Shown here: one piece after another, positions 27,684-33,801 of the stretch
Position numbering within the stretch: position 1 is the stretch's first letter
Layout: every line of letters begins with the position of its first letter
Source of the DNA: an uncultured Sulfurospirillum sp.
GTDB lineage: Bacteria > Campylobacterota > Campylobacteria > Campylobacterales > Sulfurospirillaceae
DNA length: 33,801 nucleotides
NCBI GenBank assembly: GCA_964537565.1
Contig: CAZIAJ010000001.1
Location: 1 to 33,801 of the forward strand
Reading direction: 5' to 3'
Translations under genes and position numbers: made by a program
The notes under the pieces: model-generated
Databases searched by the model: none
The model's input: the letters and a program-made list of their open reading frames with translations, nothing else
What the model was told of the DNA's origin: nothing

Positions 27684-28577
27684 CTATCCAAACCAAATAA
27701 TTCTAACTAATCCGATAAGTCCGATTAGTGTAGGTATCTTCATTAAAAAATCAACTGCTTGATCTACTTTATATCTTCCATAAACAACACCAATAAATAT
27801 TATAGATACAAATATAACAAGTGTTTTAAGTACTAGCATAACAAGATTGTCTGCACCACCTAAAAATAGATCAACAATAAGTACCAGCTTTGCAAATGCA
27901 AAGATAGAGCCTTGACTCATTAGAAGTGCTAAAAATTTACCACTAAACTCTGTTGCTGGTCCTGAGTAGACTTCTTGAGGAGCTCCTGGTATATCAAAAG
28001 GAGATGCTCCCATAAAACCTACCATTGAAATCATAGCTGCAAGAAAAAGAAAAGGGTGGTTTATAGCATTCCAACCTTCTGCTGCTTGGGAGTGCATGAT
28101 GTCAATTATATCGCTACTTCCATTTGCTATAATAAGAGCTACGATAGATATGTAAAAAGGAAGTTCAAGTCCTAATAGTCTAGTTAAACCTCTTGTTACA
28201 CCCATAACACCAAAAGGGTTTCCACCTGTTCCTACTGCAAGTGCATTGCCAAGGGGCCCTAAAACCATCACATAAAGAAGTATAAAAAGATTGCCACTAG
28301 AGGTGATGCTTCTTAGATACTCACCATCACTAAAAAGTGGAACCATGATGAGTGTTAAAACTGCACCAGTTGCCATGATGATTGGTCCAAGATAGAACAT
28401 CCAACCATAACTCACACTATTTTCTTTTCCAAATAGTTTTATACTATCATAAAAAGATTGGTATATTGTTGGACCATATCTTCCTTGTATCCTTGCTGTT
28501 ATATTTCTATATAGTCCATAATATATAAAACCAACAGCGTAAGCTAACATGATAAGTAAAATAAGTTGTAAAATCAT
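27684..28577 (-). CDS. NuoH-like membrane subunit (MbsM equivalent)
   Basis: ARIQGRYGP, QSFYDSIKL, PFDIPGAPQE...GPATEFSG; about 8 TM helices. Confidence 0.92.
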   Translation of the reverse strand: MILQLILLIMLAYAVGFIYYGLYRNITARIQGRYGPTIYQSFYDSIKLFGKENSVSYGWMFYLGPIIMATGAVLTLIMVPLFSDGEYLRSITSSGNLFILLYVMVLGPLGNALAVGTGGNPFGVMGVTRGLTRLLGLELPFYISIVALIIANGSSDIIDIMHSQAAEGWNAINHPFLFLAAMISMVGFMGASPFDIPGAPQEVYSGPATEFSGKFLALLMSQGSIFAFAKLVLIVDLFLGGADNLVMLVLKTLVIFVSIIFIGVVYGRYKVDQAVDFLMKIPTLIGLIGLVRIIWFG

Positions 28578-30349
28578 TATTTAACTCCTATAAAAAATAG
28601 AGCACTGAAAAACAGTAGGATTATGATAGCTGTATTGTGTATATTGCCATAATACATTCTACTAAATAGCTCAGATGTTTTTTTAGTTTGAGTTGCTAAA
28701 AACTCATAAAAGTGAGATGAACTTCTTTTTAATACAGCACCAACAACAGCTATTCTATAAATTTCTGTTCCCATACCATAACCGTAGTGTAAAGGAGTTT
28801 TTTCATTAGGTATCTCACCACAATAACTTATATCAAATCTATCTATATTTTTGAGCATTTTTGAGCGTAAGCTAAGTACAAGTAAGAGTATGAGAACAAA
28901 TATAATACCAAATGCACTCATAACAAATAGTCCATTGAAATTACCAACAGCACTTGGCATAATGCCGAAGTTTTCAATATCTAGAGGTAGCATTAAAAAC
29001 TGTTTTAGTATAGGATTTATCATTTGTATAAAAACAGCTGGGAAAGTTCCGATTGCCATTAGTAAAATTGCTAAGATAACTTGAGGTATAAGATAACTTA
29101 TATGTACCTCTTTTTGGTCTTGCAGACCTTCCGAGTTTGGATGGCCTAAGTAGATTCCATATACAAGTTTGTAACAGTAAAGAAATGACGCTGCACCAGA
29201 AAATAGCATACCTATAAGAAGTATTGCAAATTTTGTATCTATAAAAGCATTATAAATCATAAATTTTGAAGCAAATCCACCAAGTGGAGGCATACCAGCA
29301 AGTGCAATGATACCAATGAGTAACATTACAAATGATATAGGAGTTCTATAAATCAATCCACCAAGTTCACTAAATTTGTTTTTACCAGTTTGCGCTATAA
29401 TCGCTGCAACATTTATAAACAGTAAAAGTTTTATAACTGTATGAAGCAAAGTATGATACAGAGCTCCATAAATTCCATAAACAGTACCAAGTCCAATTGC
29501 AGCAACTATATAACCAAGTTGTGCGATAGAAGAGTATGCAAGAAGTCTTTTTATCTCATCTTGAGTAATAGCTTTAAAAGTTGCTATGATAGATGTTGCA
29601 ACACCAATAAGTGCTAAGATATAACCAAAATTGCTACCGTTTAGTATAGTGCCAAACATAACTCTTAATTGATGATAACCTATAATTTCACCAAAAATTA
29701 GAAACAGTCCATAAACACCCATTTTTGACATTACAGCAGAAAGAATTATACTAAAAAGATCAGGCGCTTTTTCATAAGCATCAACTACCCAATAATGAAG
29801 TCCAATTACACCCGTTTTTATAAAAAAACTAAGTGAAAAAAGTACTAGTAGAGTTACTTGTATATCAAATGGAATAGAAAGAAATGAATTTGATATCTGT
29901 TGGAAGTTAAAGGAGCTTGCATAAGAATAAGCTATAACCATACCAGCTATCAAGAAAAAAGCAGAAGCTAATGAAAATAGTATATATTTTTGCATTGTTT
30001 TTGCATCTGCTTTGTGAGATTTTGATATAAGAAAATAACTACTCCAAGTCATAATCTCCCAACCTATAAATAGAGTGATAAAATCTCCAGCAAATACTAT
30101 AACAAACATTGCAAGTGAGAGTAGAAGTTGAAGTAAAAAATAGCTACATGTAAGCTTTTTTGTTTTTTGTGCTATTGTTACTAGAAATATAGATATTAAA
30201 CTCAAATATGCGAAAAATGTTCCAAGAGGAGTTTGTCTAAGTGTGAGTGTAAACTCATTTGTTAAAACTATACTCATATCTATATGTCCACTATATTGAT
30301 ACAAAAACAGAATCGGCAGTAAATTTATTAGTAAAAAGACTGAATTCAT
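28577..30349 (-). CDS. Antiporter-like proton-translocating subunit (NuoL/M/N family; MbsH' equivalent)
   Basis: GWEIM, KTGVIGLHYW, SKMGVYG, KRLLAYSSIAQLGY, GMPPLGGFASK. Confidence 0.9.
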   Translation of the reverse strand: MNSVFLLINLLPILFLYQYSGHIDMSIVLTNEFTLTLRQTPLGTFFAYLSLISIFLVTIAQKTKKLTCSYFLLQLLLSLAMFVIVFAGDFITLFIGWEIMTWSSYFLISKSHKADAKTMQKYILFSLASAFFLIAGMVIAYSYASSFNFQQISNSFLSIPFDIQVTLLVLFSLSFFIKTGVIGLHYWVVDAYEKAPDLFSIILSAVMSKMGVYGLFLIFGEIIGYHQLRVMFGTILNGSNFGYILALIGVATSIIATFKAITQDEIKRLLAYSSIAQLGYIVAAIGLGTVYGIYGALYHTLLHTVIKLLLFINVAAIIAQTGKNKFSELGGLIYRTPISFVMLLIGIIALAGMPPLGGFASKFMIYNAFIDTKFAILLIGMLFSGAASFLYCYKLVYGIYLGHPNSEGLQDQKEVHISYLIPQVILAILLMAIGTFPAVFIQMINPILKQFLMLPLDIENFGIMPSAVGNFNGLFVMSAFGIIFVLILLLVLSLRSKMLKNIDRFDISYCGEIPNEKTPLHYGYGMGTEIYRIAVVGAVLKRSSSHFYEFLATQTKKTSELFSRMYYGNIHNTAIIILLFFSALFFIGVK

Positions 30350-31800
30350 AGTCCAACTCCTAATGCTAAGTTTAGATAGTTAGCAGGGTGCAAAAGTGCA
30401 TTGGTTGCTAAATCTGTAAAATGAGTAAGAAGAGACGGCATAAGTCCAAAAAGTATGATTAGACCAGCTAATGTACTTAGTAAAATATAGTTTACAGTTC
30501 CAATACTTACTTCTTCTTTCATCGTTTTTTTGTTGTTCATCATTGTTATAAGTCTAAAGAAATAGACAGCTTCTATGATAGAAACAATCAATATAAAAGC
30601 AATAGCTGTATAATTACCTACTATTGCAAAACCTTTTAAAATCAAAATCTTTCCAACAAATCCACTAAAAGGTGGAATTCCTAGTATTGATAAAAATGCT
30701 ATTATAAAAATAACAGATAAAAATTTGGATTTGAAATCTCCAAACAGAGTGATATTTGTATGTTTAAATTTACTTACTAAGATACCAAGTGCTAAAAATA
30801 TCAATAGTTTTCCAAGTGAGTGACTTGTTAGATGAAAAAGTGCTCCAGAGATAATCTCACTTGAGTTTGATGATAACGCTAAAAACAAAATACCAAGTTG
30901 TCCTAGAGTTGAGTAAGCAAACAACCTTTTGATATCTTTTTGATTTAGTGCAGTTAGTTCTGAAACTAAGAAGGTGATAGCACCTAAGGTCATGATAAAA
31001 AGAGTATACTTTTCACTTAAACCAAAAAGATAAAAAAGATGAAAAAATACAAATAGATAAGCTTTTGATACAACTGAGCTAAAAAGTCCTGCTACATGTG
31101 AGCTACTTCCTTGATAAATATCTGGAACCCAGAAGTTAAGTGGAAAAAGTTCTGCTTTTGTACCAAAACCTATAAAAAGCATAAGTGCTATTAAAGCAGA
31201 TATCTTAGGATCAATCTCTGAGTATCTCTGTGCAATTAAGCCTATGTTTACAGTTCCTATTTGAAGATAAATCAACATTATGGCAAAAACTATAAAGATT
31301 GATGCAATTGAGCCTATGATAAGATATTTTATACCACCTTCAAGAGCTTTTTTATCTTTGTTATAAGCTGCAAGTGAGTATGAACTAATACCTACTATCT
31401 CAAAAAAGATATAAACATTAAAGATATCGCAACTAAGTATCATGCCGATACTACCAGAAATGAGCATATGAAAGAATACATAAAATCTTGCTTCATTTTT
31501 AGAATCATTTTCTTTGAAATACCATAACATATATAGTGATACTATAAATCCACAAAATGTAAAGATAAGTAAAAATAGAAGCGAAAAGTTATCTAATATA
31601 AAAGCAATGCCCAAAGGAGGAGCAATTGAAAATTGTGATATTTGAGGTAATGCCATCTTTGAATATTGAAAAGTTTGTAAAAAGAGGATAGCATTTAGTA
31701 AAACTGAACTACCTCTTAAGCTAAATACTCCAAACTTTTTAAAAAGTGGAGTTAAAAATGAAAAAATTACGGGAAGTAAAAAATAGTAACCTAAGCTCAT
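30346..31800 (-). CDS. MrpD/MnhD-type antiporter-like subunit (MbsH equivalent)
   Basis: DIFNVYIFFEI, KYLIIG, KAELFPLNFWVPD, KRLFAYSTLGQ, GIPPFSGFVGK. Confidence 0.9.
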   Translation of the reverse strand: MSLGYYFLLPVIFSFLTPLFKKFGVFSLRGSSVLLNAILFLQTFQYSKMALPQISQFSIAPPLGIAFILDNFSLLFLLIFTFCGFIVSLYMLWYFKENDSKNEARFYVFFHMLISGSIGMILSCDIFNVYIFFEIVGISSYSLAAYNKDKKALEGGIKYLIIGSIASIFIVFAIMLIYLQIGTVNIGLIAQRYSEIDPKISALIALMLFIGFGTKAELFPLNFWVPDIYQGSSSHVAGLFSSVVSKAYLFVFFHLFYLFGLSEKYTLFIMTLGAITFLVSELTALNQKDIKRLFAYSTLGQLGILFLALSSNSSEIISGALFHLTSHSLGKLLIFLALGILVSKFKHTNITLFGDFKSKFLSVIFIIAFLSILGIPPFSGFVGKILILKGFAIVGNYTAIAFILIVSIIEAVYFFRLITMMNNKKTMKEEVSIGTVNYILLSTLAGLIILFGLMPSLLTHFTDLATNALLHPANYLNLALGVGL

Positions 31801-31801
31801 A

Positions 31802-32179
31802 TCAATCCTTCAATTCATTCATTTTAGAGATATCATTTGTACCAGTGAGTTTAAAATACTCGATACCAAATGATAATCCAAGTGCTAAAATCGCAAGTCC
31901 AATAACGATGGTTGTTAAAATCATCGCTTGAGGTACAGGATCTACCATATTTGTAAAAGTTTTTATATTTTCATCTATAATAGGAGCAGTCAAACCTGCT
32001 TTATAATGAAGTCCTATAAAAAATAGAAATAGAGCTGACTCCATCATCGCAAATGAGACTAAAACTTTTACTAAATTTTTTTGTGTAAATACGCCATACA
32101 ACCCTATGGTAAAAAGTGACATAGAGCCTAATATAACTATTGTATGTATAGTTTGTGTAGAATTAAAAAAATCAAGCAT
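31802..32179 (-). CDS. MrpC/MnhC-type subunit (MbsG equivalent)
   Basis: Three TM helices; NLVK, API and DPVPQAMILTTIVIG motifs. Confidence 0.92.
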   Translation of the reverse strand: MLDFFNSTQTIHTIVILGSMSLFTIGLYGVFTQKNLVKVLVSFAMMESALFLFFIGLHYKAGLTAPIIDENIKTFTNMVDPVPQAMILTTIVIGLAILALGLSFGIEYFKLTGTNDISKMNELKD

Positions 32180-32888
32180 TTTGTGCCTCTCTTTTTATAA
32201 AATACTCTATTATAACAGTCATCTCACTACCAACTTTGATACCAACAATGATGTAGATAATAGGGATAATACCACCACTTATAAGCTCACCTATTTGACC
32301 AATAGGATGAGGTAAAAAGTTTCCAAATAAAATGTTTAATTTAAATAAACCAATAATTCCAACTAAAACATAACTAACCCCACTAACAGATTCTCCAAAA
32401 GTTAAGATGCTATGTTTTAAGTCCATATTGGGGTTTGCTAAAAATAGAAGTAAAAATGCACTAGCTATAACAACACCACCTTGAAAACCGCCACCAGGAC
32501 TTAAGTGTCCATGAATGATAATATAAGTACCAAAAAGTACAATAACACTAAGTAAAAGTTTGCTTCCCACTCTTAAAATAAAACTGTCTCGTTTTGGAAT
32601 TTTGCAATACATTTTTTTAGAAGATGATAACATCAAGGAGATACCAGTAGTTGCTAAAAAAAGTACAGTTACTTCTCCAAGAGTATCAATACCTCTAAAA
32701 AATGTTACAACTGTTGTAACTGCATTTGCTGAGGCTGTTTGCATATTTAGTGCTAAAAATAGTTCACCAACACTTTGATGAATATCAGTTTTTATATTAA
32801 AAAGCATACTTACTATTGATACCATAAGAATAGAAGATAGAAGAGATAAAACTATATGTTTAAGCTTTAAGTCTTTTTTTAAGTTCAT
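32172..32888 (-). CDS. MrpB/MnhB-type subunit (MbhE+F-like fusion; MbsE equivalent)
   Basis: NAVTTVV...FRGIDTLGE and HGHLSPGGGFQGG motifs. Confidence 0.92.
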   Translation of the reverse strand: MNLKKDLKLKHIVLSLLSSILMVSIVSMLFNIKTDIHQSVGELFLALNMQTASANAVTTVVTFFRGIDTLGEVTVLFLATTGISLMLSSSKKMYCKIPKRDSFILRVGSKLLLSVIVLFGTYIIIHGHLSPGGGFQGGVVIASAFLLLFLANPNMDLKHSILTFGESVSGVSYVLVGIIGLFKLNILFGNFLPHPIGQIGELISGGIIPIIYIIVGIKVGSEMTVIIEYFIKREAQNA

Positions 32889-33133
32889 GATTGTGTCTCC
32901 TCTTTTGTAGTATGTCTTATACCTAATAAGAAGATAACTGTACTAATACCTGTACCAATAACTGCTTCAGTAAGAGCAACATCTGGTGCTTGAAAAAGCA
33001 GAAACAGAACTACACAGCCAAGTCCAACACCCATAAAAAAGATAACAGAAGTTGTAATATCTTTTGCTAAGATTGAAGCAATAGCAACTATGATAATAGA
33101 GATGAAAGTAAATAAAATCAGTATTCCTATCAT
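32885..33133 (-). CDS. DUF4040 / MbhD-type small membrane subunit (MbsD equivalent)
   Basis: Three TM helices with APDVALTEAVIG motif. Confidence 0.9.
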   Translation of the reverse strand: MIGILILFTFISIIIVAIASILAKDITTSVIFFMGVGLGCVVLFLLFQAPDVALTEAVIGTGISTVIFLLGIRHTTKEETQS

Positions 33134-33453
33134 AACTCTTCTCCTTTTAATGCATCTGCACCACTTGTGTTATAAACATCTTTTTTAAATCTTTTATATG
33201 CACTCATCGAGAGTATAGATGAAGATATAGGATTTGTTATAAGAATAAATATAGCAAGAACAATAAGTTTTAGAGTCCACTGCGGCATAAAACAAGCTAC
33301 ACTTAAAATAACAAGTAAAGAACCAAGAGTAGAAGCTTTTGTAGCAGCTTGCATCCTTGTTAAAGCATCAGGCATACGAAGAAGCCCTAAAGCACTTATG
33401 AAAAATAAAACTACCCCTAAAAACCCAAGAATATATCCTAAAATATTTAACAT
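33130..33453 (-). CDS. MrpG/MnhG-type subunit (MbsC equivalent)
   Basis: GLLRMPDxxTRMQAATKASTLG and TNP motifs. Confidence 0.93.
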   Translation of the reverse strand: MLNILGYILGFLGVVLFFISALGLLRMPDALTRMQAATKASTLGSLLVILSVACFMPQWTLKLIVLAIFILITNPISSSILSMSAYKRFKKDVYNTSGADALKGEEL

Positions 33454-33704
33454 TAAAGCTCCTTGTCCAAAAACTTGGCAAACACTACTGTTCCTATAAA
33501 TCCCATTAATCCAAAAACAAAAGCTAAGTCTAAATACAAACTTTTGTTAAAGTAAAAGGATAAAACAACAAGAAGTGATGTAGCTATAATACTCATCGAA
33601 TCAAAAGCCACAATTCTATCTGCTAGAGTAGGGCCTTTAATAAAACGAATAAGTGTTAACATTAAGGATAATGCAATGAGTAAAATTAAAACATTAAGCA
33701 TCAT
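33453..33704 (-). CDS. MrpF/MnhF-type subunit (MbsB equivalent)
   Basis: RFIKGPTLADRIVAFD and YLDLA...FIGTVVFAKFL; GAGGT RBS upstream. Confidence 0.93.
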   Translation of the reverse strand: MMLNVLILLIALSLMLTLIRFIKGPTLADRIVAFDSMSIIATSLLVVLSFYFNKSLYLDLAFVFGLMGFIGTVVFAKFLDKEL

Positions 33705-33801
33705 TACCTCACTTTAAGCACATAAAAGTACTCAATTATTTTTTATTTATTAGATTACATCGAAAGAGCTTTTTAAAACTTTAATTATAATAACTATATC
33801 T

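Noticed and set aside
11154-32778. Remaining short overlapping ORFs (e.g. 13115-13399, 14899-15144, 16364-16698, 19413-19667, 21189-21477, 23918-24127, 24479-24661, 26114-26579, 27108-27710, 28851-29084, 31746-32778)
   Set aside because: Shadow ORFs of real genes with no RBS or motif support.
24490-33704. Calling the right-hand operon canonical complex I (nuo), a NiFe hydrogenase (Mbh/Ech/Hyf) or a stand-alone Mrp antiporter
   Set aside because: No nuoA/J/K/E/F/G; NuoB tandem CC absent; the large subunit lacks the RxCxxC and DPCxxC NiFe motifs; no maturation genes; redox subunits are present, so it is not plain Mrp.
1-33801. CRISPR array, tRNA/rRNA genes, transposase/integrase, prophage
   Set aside because: No regularly spaced direct repeats, cloverleaf signatures or recombinase/phage ORFs seen; intergenic gaps are short.

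Overview
AT-rich chromosomal window from a flagellated Campylobacterota (epsilonproteobacterial) bacterium; the aroQ-pepP-folK-flhF-flhG-flgV-fliA-fliM-fliY synteny is typical of this group and a free-living Sulfurospirillum-like organism is my inference. Left to right: housekeeping/flagellar operon, mnmA, an unusual Nudix hydrolase resembling metazoan NUDT16, a Fur-boxed Fe(3+) ABC transporter with a small DUF2892 gene, a minus-strand four-gene operon (GntR regulator, PGM1-like ATP-grasp ligase, divergent KamA-family radical SAM/PLP aminomutase, gamma-glutamylcyclotransferase) divergent from a TAXI-type TRAP transporter, prs-lepA-comF, a 385-bp intergenic region rich in hairpins with a candidate structured RNA, and a complete 13-gene minus-strand Mrp/complex I-like operon whose catalytic subunits match the membrane-bound sulfane sulfur reductase (MBS/Mbx) rather than complex I or a NiFe hydrogenase. 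The best candidates for an undescribed system are the ATP-grasp/aminomutase/GGCT operon, the MBS-like complex in this lineage, the NUDT16-like enzyme and the orphan structured RNA. No rRNA, tRNA, CRISPR array or transposase was seen. All family calls come from motif recognition by eye and recalled reference sequences; no searches were run.
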